This document shows positions 32,024 to 42,856 of a stretch of 64,000 nucleotides of DNA, in pieces; position 1 is the stretch's first letter, and each line of letters begins with the position of its first letter. Below the pieces are notes generated by a model that did no database searches, was not told the origin of the DNA, and worked only from the letters and a program-made list of their open reading frames with translations. The DNA is taken from positions 32,001-96,000 of the forward strand of contig CAZALK010000011.1 of the NCBI GenBank assembly GCA_964486045.1, in the 5' to 3' direction. Both the position numbers and the translations under genes were made by a program. The DNA comes from an uncultured archaeon. GTDB lineage: Archaea > Asgardarchaeota > Lokiarchaeia > Sigyniarchaeales > SOKP01.

Positions 32024-32179
32024 TTAAAAAGGTAGAGAGATTACAGCAAGTATTATACCTATTATAATACTTAAAATAAATAAAACTATAAGGATGAGTC
32101 CAAGACCTGCTCTTCTTTTTTGTTTTTTACTGATTTTTGATCGGGATTTCTGAGATGATCTATATCTTACTCGACTCAT
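32024..32179 (-). CDS. small tail-anchored membrane protein (51 aa)
   Basis: Manual ORF with GAGGA SD: MSRVRYRSSQKSRSKISKKQKRRAGLGLILIVLFILSIIIGIILAVISLPF. Basic N-terminus plus C-terminal TM. Confidence 0.7.
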   Translation of the reverse strand: MSRVRYRSSQKSRSKISKKQKRRAGLGLILIVLFILSIIIGIILAVISLPF

Positions 32180-32215
32180 TATTCCTCATTTATAAAAGAA
32201 TATAATTATTTCAAT

Positions 32216-32899
32216 CTAATTGTTTTGATCTTCTTTCTTTTGTAAAAGTTCAGTTAATACAACATTATTATAAGAGAAAAGCATTCTAGGGATATAATCT
32301 TCAGCTAAATATGGCCCATCCTCAACTTCTTCCCTTAATGGGAACAATTGTTTTTCTTTAATAACAGAATCCAAATAGACTCTGTCATATTCTTTATAAC
32401 CATATATTTTATTCTTTACAATTACCATTTTCCTCTCAAAACCTTCAGGAATTCCAGCCTTCTCTAAAAGTAAGAGAATTTTTTCTCTAGACAAAGATTC
32501 AATTAATTCTAAATCTTCCTTTGTTCCCTCGTAAGCAGGACCTGTTTGTGTTTCAGTGTAGTCTACCTCTTTTTCCAGGCCAATCATCGCTTTAAACACA
32601 GTAGTTTCACTCCCATCATCAATGGATGTTATTTTAAACGCAATTCCATATCGGTCCCTTATACTGGGAGCTATTCTGGCGGAAATAAATTTCATTCGAG
32701 TAGTAGTATTAATTCCCTGCCAGATCCAAACCCTATATCGTATTGGGTCAACGAAAAGAAGTATGAAATCTGAATCTAATAACTCATTCAATGGAATATC
32801 TCCTTCTAATTCTAATTCTTGATATTCGCTTAATTCATCACTAAATTGAAAAACTAGGATTTTTTCCTTATCTTCTTGGGGTGGGGTTCCATCTGACAT
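32216..32899 (-). CDS. single gelsolin-like domain protein with C-terminal domain of unknown function
   Basis: LLDSDFILLFVD..RVWIWQG..TT..KF.SA..A..IRD....ITSIDDGSE...FKAM follows the gelsolin-domain pattern. Confidence 0.75.
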   Translation of the reverse strand: MSDGTPPQEDKEKILVFQFSDELSEYQELELEGDIPLNELLDSDFILLFVDPIRYRVWIWQGINTTTRMKFISARIAPSIRDRYGIAFKITSIDDGSETTVFKAMIGLEKEVDYTETQTGPAYEGTKEDLELIESLSREKILLLLEKAGIPEGFERKMVIVKNKIYGYKEYDRVYLDSVIKEKQLFPLREEVEDGPYLAEDYIPRMLFSYNNVVLTELLQKKEDQNN

Positions 32900-32980
32900 A
32901 ATACGGGTTTTTTAGTTTTCTTTTATAATACTATATAATTTTTATCTTATATTATTATATTTGTTTTATTAGTAGACTAA

Positions 32981-33065
32981 TGCGGGAAGGGAGATTTGAA
33001 CTCCCGAACTCCTTCGAGAATGGATTCTGAGTCCACCGCCTTAGACCAGACTTGGCAATTCCCGC
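32981..33065 (-). tRNA. tRNA-Leu(CAG), intronless, CCA not encoded
   Basis: GCGGGAA/TTCCCGC acceptor stem, GTGGA-CT-CAG-AA-TCCAT anticodon arm, long variable arm, GGGAG-TTCAAAT-CTCCC T arm, discriminator A. Confidence 0.96.
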
Positions 33066-33522
33066 AATTTTGAATTTTCTATAATTAAATTAAATTGAAT
33101 AATTATTTAATTTTACCCAATCTTGAATTTATCTATAAAATCTATTGTATTTGAATGTAAAACACCTTCATAAGGATTTTATCCTATTATTTAAAACTTC
33201 AACGGACTAGTCAATTCATCTAATATTATATTTATTAGTTATAATTATATAAAAAATAAATGTTTTATCTCGTTTGGGAGTATTTTATCGTGAAAAATTG
33301 ACGTTCTAATCTTAAAATTGGCAGAGAATAAAGAGAAATAAATTAAAAAAGGAAAATTTTAAAAAATAGGTTTTAATTTTTGGAAAACTTAAGTTTAAAA
33401 CAATAAATTTTTTTATTAAAAACAGTACGGTAAATAAAAAATAATATTCTCACTTTATTCCAAATTCACATGTTATTTTTCATGTGAACACGATTATAAT
33501 AACTAAAATTTATGATTTAGGA

Positions 33523-36500
33523 ATGAAAATTATGGTAGTAAAAAAACTAAAGCAAGATCTTTTAAGCCGAATTGGTTTATCAGAATTAGAAGGTCAAATA
33601 TATTCTACTCTTACTGGTGTGGGAGCAAGGACATTAGAAGAAATATCTGTTTATGTGGGTTCAGATTTAAGCAAAACTGAAGAGGCTCTCAATAATTTAG
33701 GCAAGAAAGATTACATAAATATTATTGAAGGAAAGATACCCCTTTATTTTCCCATAAATCCTCAGATATTATTAACCGCGGAAGCGAAGAATAAATTGGA
33801 AACGGATTTACATGCTATTAATAACAAGGTAAATGTCATTTTAAAGTCTTTAACTTCCATGGTTGAAGATGTTTCTTCTGATTTTGATAACTCAATTAAT
33901 AACATCTCAGAAAATTCCATAAACTCGATTGAAACCACTATATCAACTATTGTAGAAAAGTTAGGTTCTGTTTTTAGTACTTTTCAGGAAGAGATTTCTA
34001 CGCGCTCTAGTGATTCTGGAAAATCAATTGGTACTGAAATTGAAGAAAAATTCAAAAAACTTGATTTAGCATTCAATAAATTACGAGATGATTTAGAAAA
34101 TATCATGAATACCCAAGTTGGAGAGTTAGAAAAAGCGAGTGATAAACTTAAAACTGATTTGGGAAATACTTTAGAAGAAACAAAAACAAGCCGTCATAAA
34201 ATAGTTAATGAACATAAAGATAACTTTCTTTCCATTTTAGATGCTTATTCCGTATCAATTGAGGGGATTATTAAGGAGAATTACGATGAACTTGGTAAAA
34301 TTAATTCTCAGTTTAAAGAAAAGAGTGAATCAGATAAAGCAAATCTTGAGAAATTAACTGAAGAAGTTAGTGGTGTTTCCGAAGAAGATATGAAAACAAT
34401 TATTGAAACGATAAAGGAAAGTTACGAAAAAGCGATTTCTCAAAGTATTAAAAATATCGAATCGAATTGGGCAGATATAAATAAAGAAGCCAAGAGCTTT
34501 TCGAATGGAATTCAGAATAATCTCTCAGATTCAAATAAAAATATTTCTAGTATCCTGGAGTCTGCCTCTTCTAAATCTACTGAGGCTTTCACGAGCTCTA
34601 CCGAGGCGCTAATAAAAAGTTTAGAAAGTTTCAAATCTTTAAGAGCTAAATTAGGAGAAATCTTAAAAAGTAGTACTGAATCTGTCGTATTAACGGGGCA
34701 AAATATCTATTCACCTATTGAAACCTTAATAAACTCAATATTAACAGAGATTTCAGAGTTCATGGAAAAATTTAGATCAAAGGCTCAATCTTTATTGGAG
34801 AATATATCCATTTCAGTCAAGGGAGAAAATAAAAAAGTTTTAATATCTATTGTTGAGGATTACGAGCAAGAAATGGATCAATTTAAAGAATCTACGGAAT
34901 CAAGCTTTTCAGAAGGAAAAGAAAATTTGTTCAACCAATTTTCAGATTTTCAAGCCAATATCACTAATCAATTAGATTCTGGAAATAATAATTTAATTAA
35001 ATCAATTAATTCATTTTCCTCCTCTGTTGAAAAATCCTTAAGTCGAATGAAGGGGGATATCTCAAGTCCTTTAGAAATATTAATGACAGATTATAAGGAT
35101 TCAATTAGAAATTTTGAATTAGGATTTACAGAAGGGATTAACAAATTCTCTGAACTTGTTTCCAACTTCCAAAGTGGCGCTGTGAGTGATAAAAACATAA
35201 ATAAGTGGATTTCGAAGAATCCCGAATTTCAAAAAACTATAGATGATACTGAAGCCGCTTTAATGTCTCGCAAAAATGATTTAAGGAATTTGGTTACAAC
35301 TCATACTGAAAAATATGAGATGGATATCTCAGGTTTTCTTGATATTCTTAATCGTACCTTAACTGGGCATGTAAAGGCAGGACAAAAATCAAAAGCAACA
35401 CAAAATGATCAAGTAAAATTAATTATTAAGGGAGTTAATAAAGAAATAGACACTCTGGGGGATACCTTTAAAATTGCATTCGCAAATCAAGTTGAATCTC
35501 TCTCTCAAGCTAGTAAAACCATATCTGAGACAAGCAAAAATAAAGTGAAATCCAATCTTGGGTTTGCTGAAGATAATTCTCAAGATGATGTGTATTCTAA
35601 ATTGATAAACAATATGATGATTATCTTTAATAACAAAATTGGAGAGATACAAACTGAAACTATCGCAACTTTTAAGGATAAAACTGATGAATTTAATAAT
35701 AGTACTAAGGAAAATATAGAAAAATCCCTAAAAAATTTAAAAACTGAAAGTAGCAAGTTCGAGGAATCAATACCTTCAAACAAAGATTTAGATGACGCGG
35801 TGAATCCTCACATTAAAAACACGGAAGAGGCTTCAAAGACGGTTTCTGATGGATTAGAGCATGTTATTGGTGACCTAGTCAAAGACATTGAAAAGATTCA
35901 AACTACTTTATCTTCTACACTTAGCGAGATTCAAAATATCGAAGGTTCAAGTGTGGCAGATTTGAATGAGTCAAATCTTAAAATTGCAAATCAAATTGAT
36001 TCAGAGGGAGGGGCATTAATTAAGAATTCAACCCAAATAATTGTCGATTTTCGTTCCAAGGTTCTAAGCCTATTGAACCAAGATTCTGAACAAAAAAACT
36101 TAACTATGGATAAATTGCAGAATTCCTTTAAAGAACAAGTTGAAAAATTATTTTCAAAATACAAGGATGAAACAATTGGAAATAAAGAACGCATAGTGAA
36201 GGTCAGTAACGATCATTTAGAATCTGTGGATAGAAATTACAATATTGTAAGTAATACGATTTTAGGAATGGGTGCTGAACCCATCCGCTTAATTAAAAAT
36301 GTGGCCATTGATGCTATGCAAGATTTAACTAATTTAATTAGCCAAAACATCCTCTCAATAAAAGAATTGCTATTTGGCAGCTCAGATGAAATTAAGCGGA
36401 TTTTAGATGACTTTTCTAAGAATTCTGTAGAAATTCTCTCTACTACCAAGGAGAACAGTGAGCAAAATCTTTTAAATCAAGCAAGTTCTAGTAAAGATCA

Positions 36501-37098
36501 ATTACTCGATTTCCGAAAGAAAATAGGTAATGATTTAATGGAAATGAAGGGGGAAGTATCAAATTCACTTAAAAATGCTCTTTCTGATATCCCCCGAACT
36601 ATTGATGAAGCATTAAGCGCGACATCAGAAACCATGAATTTCCTTAATCAGGTGAAACAGATCGCTTTGGATATACAACCACCTGCGATAGAAAATACTT
36701 GGAGAGTAGTTGGATTAGAAGCAGTATATAAAGCAATTTCTTCCATTATTAAAAGAACAGAAAGAAATACAACATTACTAGTTCCAAAAATTGATGCAAT
36801 TCCTGTCGCTCTTTTAAAAGATTTCAACCCGAGAGCACGAATTGAAATCATCAGTGATGTTAAAGAGAATGATCCGCACCTGAAAAAATTAATTGAAACC
36901 TTTTCGGGAAATTTGAAAGTTCGAACTTATAAAAATTTAAATGTAATTGCAGCAGATCGGGATAATGATGAAATATTAATTGGACCATTTGGAAAGGATA
37001 TTGAATCTGAAGCCATTCAAACCACTCACGATAATCTCAGAAAGGTTTTATTTGAGTTAATTCCAACGATAAGAAATAAAGCTCAACCCCTAATTTAA
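33523..37098 (+). CDS. TrmB-like wHTH plus ~1000-aa helical/coiled-coil repeat region plus TrmB/PLD-like C-terminal domain
   Basis: N-terminal IGLSELEGQIYSTL..TLEEIS..L..KDY..YFPINP; C-terminal W.V.GLEAVY..I..IIKRTE....LL.P..ADRDNDEILIG. Likely ATG 33523 or 33532 (the track uses GTG 33484). Confidence 0.7.
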   Translation: MKIMVVKKLKQDLLSRIGLSELEGQIYSTLTGVGARTLEEISVYVGSDLSKTEEALNNLGKKDYINIIEGKIPLYFPINPQILLTAEAKNKLETDLHAINNKVNVILKSLTSMVEDVSSDFDNSINNISENSINSIETTISTIVEKLGSVFSTFQEEISTRSSDSGKSIGTEIEEKFKKLDLAFNKLRDDLENIMNTQVGELEKASDKLKTDLGNTLEETKTSRHKIVNEHKDNFLSILDAYSVSIEGIIKENYDELGKINSQFKEKSESDKANLEKLTEEVSGVSEEDMKTIIETIKESYEKAISQSIKNIESNWADINKEAKSFSNGIQNNLSDSNKNISSILESASSKSTEAFTSSTEALIKSLESFKSLRAKLGEILKSSTESVVLTGQNIYSPIETLINSILTEISEFMEKFRSKAQSLLENISISVKGENKKVLISIVEDYEQEMDQFKESTESSFSEGKENLFNQFSDFQANITNQLDSGNNNLIKSINSFSSSVEKSLSRMKGDISSPLEILMTDYKDSIRNFELGFTEGINKFSELVSNFQSGAVSDKNINKWISKNPEFQKTIDDTEAALMSRKNDLRNLVTTHTEKYEMDISGFLDILNRTLTGHVKAGQKSKATQNDQVKLIIKGVNKEIDTLGDTFKIAFANQVESLSQASKTISETSKNKVKSNLGFAEDNSQDDVYSKLINNMMIIFNNKIGEIQTETIATFKDKTDEFNNSTKENIEKSLKNLKTESSKFEESIPSNKDLDDAVNPHIKNTEEASKTVSDGLEHVIGDLVKDIEKIQTTLSSTLSEIQNIEGSSVADLNESNLKIANQIDSEGGALIKNSTQIIVDFRSKVLSLLNQDSEQKNLTMDKLQNSFKEQVEKLFSKYKDETIGNKERIVKVSNDHLESVDRNYNIVSNTILGMGAEPIRLIKNVAIDAMQDLTNLISQNILSIKELLFGSSDEIKRILDDFSKNSVEILSTTKENSEQNLLNQASSSKDQLLDFRKKIGNDLMEMKGEVSNSLKNALSDIPRTIDEALSATSETMNFLNQVKQIALDIQPPAIENTWRVVGLEAVYKAISSIIKRTERNTTLLVPKIDAIPVALLKDFNPRARIEIISDVKENDPHLKKLIETFSGNLKVRTYKNLNVIAADRDNDEILIGPFGKDIESEAIQTTHDNLRKVLFELIPTIRNKAQPLI

Positions 37099-37244
37099 CC
37101 CAAAATAACTATTATTATTTTTAAAAAATAATTAAAATCTCATTTTTCAAATTTATATTGTTTTAGTTTTACAAATTCTTTTTTAATATCAGTTTTATTA
37201 TTTTTTAAATAATTTTAAAAAAAAACCAAGAAAGAAGAAATTAA

Positions 37245-39035
37245 ATGATTTTGGAAAATCGAGATGTTTTTGTTGGTCGAACAGCTATTTTAAATGAGTT
37301 TCGAGGATCATTTATCGTAAAGCAGCAGAAGGATGTCCCTAGGGTTTATATCATAAAAAGTCAACCCGGAACTGGAAAATCTAAATTGCTTGAGATATTT
37401 GACAAGACCGCTCAATCGGAACGTTTAAAAGTCTTTTCATTTAAGATTCCTATTAGTACAGAAAAACTTAAGTATTTTCCTAAAGTAATCCTGGAAAAAA
37501 TACAGAATATTCTTCCCACTCAACTCAGTAAACAGAAAAAAAAGGAAAGAGATAAAAAATGGAAAGGTAAAAAGCCTCTTACAGAATGGACATTCACTGA
37601 TTTATCCGATAATTTTTTTACTAAACTAGAAGAACAAGATGAAGACCTTAAAATAGCACGGGATGCTGTCGTCCTGTTACTTGATAATGTTGAAAATCTT
37701 GTGTTAAAGCAAGATTTTGTTGAGGAAACGGTTACCTTGATCTTTAAAATGGCGGACTGGATAATGGAGAATAAGGCAAATATAATCATGGTGTTTTCCA
37801 TTGATTCCAACTATTTAGAATCTTTGAAACATGATATCAGTGGATATAAAGTGCATGAACTTCTTGCATTAGATATGAGAGAATCTGAAGTATTAATCCG
37901 AAGATTAGAAAAAGAGATCACAGGAGATGTGATTAATAGAGATATTCATCAGGAAATCATTAAGGTGACTGACCGAACACCATTCTCTCTTATTTCTGTT
38001 TTATCATATATCTCATCTAAGGATAAATCTGAAATCAGTAGCATCTTTGAATTTATAGAATCAACGGAAACAAATGATGATGAGAATTCATCGATGGAAG
38101 AGAATGAAGTAGATGTTGTTGATAGCCTCGCATGGAAATCTTTAAAGGAGGAATTAGCAGGCAATTATATAGAAGACCTTTTAAATCTAAAGAGAACGGA
38201 ATCTAAATTAATTCATTTTTTACTACCCAAATCTCAAGATAATCTCTTTTCTATCTCAGACATGAATATTCCAAAAGAATTAATTCTTGTTATTGATTCT
38301 TTAGTTGAAAAAAAAATTATGTTCAAAGAAGATGATTTTTTTCAATTTGAATCCTCAGCATTATATCACTTTTTAAAGCAAAGATCCTTTAAACCCAATA
38401 TTTTAGCGGAACTTAAAATTTATCTGGACTTAATAAAAACTTATATTTTACAAAAATTGAAAACACCATCTTATTTAATTGCCAGATTAGAAAAAAATAT
38501 TGATTTAATTAACCAACAAGATTCTGCCGATGTTGATAAATCCCTCGCTTACGATATTGCCGTGAAAACGGAGATATATGGTCAAAACCTATTTGAGTTG
38601 AATTATTTTCATGATGCATTCATTTTATTTATTAGCACAGGAAATTTATTTAATTTGGCAGGGGATATAGAAAGAGCGGCTTCGACATTTGAAAATAGTT
38701 CAAAATTATTTATTGAAAATAGTCTTCCAGTATATGGAAAAAAGCTTCTGATTGAAGCATCAGAATTATTCTCTAGCACGGGATTAGATTATAAAGCAAA
38801 AAGTATGGCAAGAGAAGCTTTATGGCTGATTGAAGAAATTGCTGATGACTATTCAAGTAAAGATCTTCATAATCTCGCTAGAGTGTATTATTATCATGCA
38901 CAAAAATTATGCGATATCGCTGATGAGAGCGATAAAAAAATTGAATTAATTGAAAAAGCCATTATTTCTTCCGGAAATTCTAAAATAAGAAAGTCTTATT
39001 TTGAAAAGCTCTTATCAGAAGGTAACAATGATTGA
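37245..39035 (+). CDS. STAND/AAA_16-like P-loop NTPase with C-terminal TPR/SNAP-like repeats
   Basis: FVGR..IL, Walker A SQPGTGKS, Walker B VLLLDNVE, TP.sL motif, helical repeats. Confidence 0.7.
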   Translation: MILENRDVFVGRTAILNEFRGSFIVKQQKDVPRVYIIKSQPGTGKSKLLEIFDKTAQSERLKVFSFKIPISTEKLKYFPKVILEKIQNILPTQLSKQKKKERDKKWKGKKPLTEWTFTDLSDNFFTKLEEQDEDLKIARDAVVLLLDNVENLVLKQDFVEETVTLIFKMADWIMENKANIIMVFSIDSNYLESLKHDISGYKVHELLALDMRESEVLIRRLEKEITGDVINRDIHQEIIKVTDRTPFSLISVLSYISSKDKSEISSIFEFIESTETNDDENSSMEENEVDVVDSLAWKSLKEELAGNYIEDLLNLKRTESKLIHFLLPKSQDNLFSISDMNIPKELILVIDSLVEKKIMFKEDDFFQFESSALYHFLKQRSFKPNILAELKIYLDLIKTYILQKLKTPSYLIARLEKNIDLINQQDSADVDKSLAYDIAVKTEIYGQNLFELNYFHDAFILFISTGNLFNLAGDIERAASTFENSSKLFIENSLPVYGKKLLIEASELFSSTGLDYKAKSMAREALWLIEEIADDYSSKDLHNLARVYYYHAQKLCDIADESDKKIELIEKAIISSGNSKIRKSYFEKLLSEGNND

Positions 39036-39070
39036 TTTCTATAAAATAAAAAGAAAGAGGTTGAAAAAAA

Positions 39071-40660
39071 ATGAGTGAAAAAATATCTAAAATTATTATA
39101 AAACTAGACGAAGATATTAAAGAAATTACAGCTGTAGAACAAAAAATTGAGACTTCAAGAAAAGACTTCAGTATAGAAGTACAAAATTTAAAAACAAATG
39201 TAATGTCAATCATAGATGGAATAAAAAAAGAGAATGTAACAATCACAGATAATATAATTTCTTCTTCGAATAAATTCATTGATGAATTAAGTCAAGAGGA
39301 ATTAAAGTTAATTAATGATCTTGAAACTGAATCAAAAAATCAAGATTACTGGAATAAATATATTGAGTCTTTGGATGAAAAAAACCAATCTTTAATTTCA
39401 ATGCTTGAAGAAACTAAAGGAACATTACAAGATGTTTCTTCAAATTATGAAAAACAATTGAAAGATCTTTTAATGGGGCTAAACAATACTCAAGAAAATA
39501 ATTCTTTAAACCTAAGTGAAAAATTGTTAAATCATATAAGGAGTGTAATTGAATCAATTAAAAATGCATCAAATGATTTTGAAACAAAGGCTAAAGATTC
39601 TCATCACAATTTAAATGAATCAGTAAGCGCTTTCCTGAAAGAATATTCGTTAAAAATGAATGAAACCTTAGATAATACTACTCAAAACATTGGAGATTCA
39701 TTAAATATGGATGAAATCGATTTAAAAACAATACTTTCTACAAAAATTGAGGATGTTCATGAAAAATTTCAAGAGGGATTATACGGTTCATTAGAAGGTG
39801 TTATAGATTCGTTTACAATGTTTAAAACCATTTTTGAGCAAAATATCGATGATGCAATATCCCGACTCACTGAAGTTGCAAAACAATTAAAAAGTCAAAT
39901 TGATGAGATTTTGTTAAATAAATTAAAGGAATTAGAAAATTTTTCATCAAATTATGAAGAAAAATTTATTACATTCATGAATGAGTCTATTAGTCAAATC
40001 GCCGAGGATGTTACTTCAAAAATGAACCAAACCAATGAAAATTTAACTAATAATGCGAAAAAAATTCAAGAAACATTCAATACAAAAAACTCAGAGCAGA
40101 TGGAAGTGATTCAATCGAATTTTGCATCAACAGATAAGAATATAACGAGTTTAATGAAAGATTTTAGTGAAAAGTTAACTCAAGCAGAGGCGGATGTAAA
40201 AGTTATGATTGACTCAAGTTTGAACGAATCTGAATTAGCAATACATAAATCTGTTGAAGAAACAGAACAGGTTATTGTCAATGAAACTAATGATAAATTG
40301 AAAGAATTAATTGTTTTAATTAGTGAAACAAGAGAAAAAACAGAAAAAATATTTAATATAGTTAAAACTGAATCTGATACAATTCAATCGACATTACAAG
40401 AGGATGTTTCTGCTAGAAAAACTTCAATGTCAAGTCAGTTGGACTCTATTAAAAATTCTACCAATAGCACTTTAAACGGTTTAAAAGAAACAATAATATC
40501 ACATGTAATTAAATTTGACACTATAAGCAAAGAAGGTGAAATTTCAATTCAAGAATTAGATAAAGGCCTTTCAAAAGATATTGATAATATTAAAAAAATC
40601 TTCGGTAGAGCCAAAAAAGCTACAGAAAATATAGCTAAAGAACATAAAAAGACATATTAA
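39071..40660 (+). CDS. long coiled-coil/apolipoprotein-like repeat protein
   Basis: 529 aa, almost devoid of Pro/Gly/Cys, with amphipathic periodicity like the central region of 33523-37098. Confidence 0.65.
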   Translation: MSEKISKIIIKLDEDIKEITAVEQKIETSRKDFSIEVQNLKTNVMSIIDGIKKENVTITDNIISSSNKFIDELSQEELKLINDLETESKNQDYWNKYIESLDEKNQSLISMLEETKGTLQDVSSNYEKQLKDLLMGLNNTQENNSLNLSEKLLNHIRSVIESIKNASNDFETKAKDSHHNLNESVSAFLKEYSLKMNETLDNTTQNIGDSLNMDEIDLKTILSTKIEDVHEKFQEGLYGSLEGVIDSFTMFKTIFEQNIDDAISRLTEVAKQLKSQIDEILLNKLKELENFSSNYEEKFITFMNESISQIAEDVTSKMNQTNENLTNNAKKIQETFNTKNSEQMEVIQSNFASTDKNITSLMKDFSEKLTQAEADVKVMIDSSLNESELAIHKSVEETEQVIVNETNDKLKELIVLISETREKTEKIFNIVKTESDTIQSTLQEDVSARKTSMSSQLDSIKNSTNSTLNGLKETIISHVIKFDTISKEGEISIQELDKGLSKDIDNIKKIFGRAKKATENIAKEHKKTY

Positions 40661-40702
40661 TGAAAAAATTTGTAAAAAAATAAAGTTAACAAATCAAATC
40701 AA

Positions 40703-42856
40703 TTATCTTAAATCCATTTTATCCTCACAATAAGGGCAGTGAAGTGGAAGCTCTTCGTCACAAGTCTCTAATTCTTCACTACTTAATATACTCTTCCAAC
40801 AAACTAGTTTCTCCCCTTTTTTAACCATATCTCTTCCGTGATGTTGTGGAATAATATCCTTCGTATCACAGTGCTCACAGATGATAAGTTTAGACTCACT
40901 TTCAATTTCTTCGGTTGAGATCTCCTTGTAGAGATATTTATATCTGAAAATTGTCATGCTGTTTATTAAAATTACGAGTGATAGACCCATATCTCCCACA
41001 CCTACTGCAACCCACAGTGTCATAAAGCCAATAACTGTAAGAATTGCAAAGGAGACCTTTATAATTATGGAAGACCAGATGTTTTCTTTAATTTTTTTAT
41101 TTGTTTTTTTAGCTATGTCAATGTAAGTAAGAATTTTCTTTAGATCATCATTAATTATGATTATATCGGCAGTTTCGAGAGTAACATCCGTAGCAGAAGC
41201 ACCTATTGCGATTCCTAAATCTGAAAGAGCTAAAGCGGGAGCGTCATTGATTCCATCGCCAACCATAGCTACCCCCTTATATTGTTTCTTAAGATTTTTG
41301 ACCTCTTCTAGTTTTTGATCCGGTAAATGTTCACCATATGCACGATCTATATCCAAACAAGCACCAATTGAATCGCATACTCTCTGATTATCACCCGATA
41401 TTAAGATAGTTTCATAACCTCTTTTTTTTAATCCTTTTATTAGAATGGGTGCTGATACCCTTAATACATCCCTTATAGAAAGTATTCCTAATAGATTATA
41501 TTTGTTTCCCAGTAGTATTGGAATTGTCCCAGAATTTTCTATTTCTATAATATCCTCAATAGGTAGCTCGTAGTTCAATTCTTCAATGAAGGTTTGACTT
41601 CCCACATAAAAAAATTCCCCATTTATCTTTCCTTTTATACCTTTTCCCTTGATTATTTCAAAATCCTCAACATTCTGAAAAGTTAAATCCATTTTCTTTG
41701 CTTGTTTTACAATAGTTTTGCCAATTGAATGTTCTGAAAGAGCTTCTAAACTTGCCCCTATCCCAATAACATCTGATTTTGATGCTCCATTGTAAGAAAA
41801 AATATTGAATATTTTTAGCTTCCCTTCAGTAAGTGTGCCAGTCTTATCGAATGCGAACACTTCAATATCTTGAATTTTTTCGATAAACTTATTTCCTTTA
41901 ACTAACACCCCCTCTCTTGCAAGTTTTGTCAATGATGCTATATTAGCTAAAGGAGTAGATAATGTTAATGCACAAGGACAAGAAACGACTAGTAGAACTA
42001 ATCCACGATAAAACCACTCATAAAAATTTAAGTTAAACAAAATAGGTAAAATCATAACAAATATAGACGATAGAATGATTAGGGGAGTGTAATACTTTGC
42101 AAATTTTTCAATAAACTTTTCTTGGGTACTTTTATTTTGTTGAGCTACTTTAACACTCTCAGCAATTTGAGCTACTATGGTATTTTTACTCTCACGTATA
42201 ACTTCAATATCCACAAAACTGTCTGAATTTATACTTGCTGCAAAGATTTCTTTACCCTTCTTTTTAAATACGGGAATTGATTCTCCAGTTATCGCGCTTT
42301 CATCAAAATAAGAACCACCTTTAACTATAATACCATCTAGAGGGACTTTCATACCTGGTTTTATCCCAATAATATCTCCAACTTTCACCTCTCTTGAAGG
42401 GGTGTTCTTATACCCATTTTCTATTTTTAGTAAAGACTCATCAGGGGCTAACTCAAGCAATTCTTTAATTGCATTCCTTGACTTATCAGCCGTTAATTCT
42501 TCCAACATTTCTGCTATTGCATATAAAAGTATGGCAGTCGCCCCTTCCTGTCCATGAAAGATAAAAAATGATGCGATACCAGCAATTAACATTAGTATAT
42601 TTGCTGTAATTTTTTTATTTTTAACATCCTCAATAGCTTCCTTCACTACTCCTGAGCTTGAAAGGAGAATTGATATGATAGCTAATAATTGATCGATTAT
42701 TATCAGATCGAGTGTAATTTCCATAAAAATTGAAATTGCTAAAATTATCCCTGCCGGGATAAGGAAATACCAGAAATTTTCTTCAAAAAAAGATTCTTCC
42801 TCTGATTCCTCCTCAATTTCTTCGCAAAAAGATGTTGAACATGCTGTTGTATTTAT
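40703..42856 (-). CDS. zntA: P1B-2 type heavy-metal (Zn/Cd/Pb) P-type ATPase with C-terminal Cys/His metal-binding domain
   Basis: TGES, CPC, DKTGT, GDGIND, Lys in TM7 and Asp/Gly in TM8. The frame extends to ATA 42856 behind AGGTGAG, adding CSTSFC, an acidic stretch and TM1. Confidence 0.9.
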   Translation of the reverse strand: MNTTACSTSFCEEIEEESEEESFFEENFWYFLIPAGIILAISIFMEITLDLIIIDQLLAIISILLSSSGVVKEAIEDVKNKKITANILMLIAGIASFFIFHGQEGATAILLYAIAEMLEELTADKSRNAIKELLELAPDESLLKIENGYKNTPSREVKVGDIIGIKPGMKVPLDGIIVKGGSYFDESAITGESIPVFKKKGKEIFAASINSDSFVDIEVIRESKNTIVAQIAESVKVAQQNKSTQEKFIEKFAKYYTPLIILSSIFVMILPILFNLNFYEWFYRGLVLLVVSCPCALTLSTPLANIASLTKLAREGVLVKGNKFIEKIQDIEVFAFDKTGTLTEGKLKIFNIFSYNGASKSDVIGIGASLEALSEHSIGKTIVKQAKKMDLTFQNVEDFEIIKGKGIKGKINGEFFYVGSQTFIEELNYELPIEDIIEIENSGTIPILLGNKYNLLGILSIRDVLRVSAPILIKGLKKRGYETILISGDNQRVCDSIGACLDIDRAYGEHLPDQKLEEVKNLKKQYKGVAMVGDGINDAPALALSDLGIAIGASATDVTLETADIIIINDDLKKILTYIDIAKKTNKKIKENIWSSIIIKVSFAILTVIGFMTLWVAVGVGDMGLSLVILINSMTIFRYKYLYKEISTEEIESESKLIICEHCDTKDIIPQHHGRDMVKKGEKLVCWKSILSSEELETCDEELPLHCPYCEDKMDLR

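Noticed and set aside
32981-40660. tRNA-Leu as the integration site of a mobile element
   Set aside because: No integrase and no duplicated tRNA 3' end were seen in the window.
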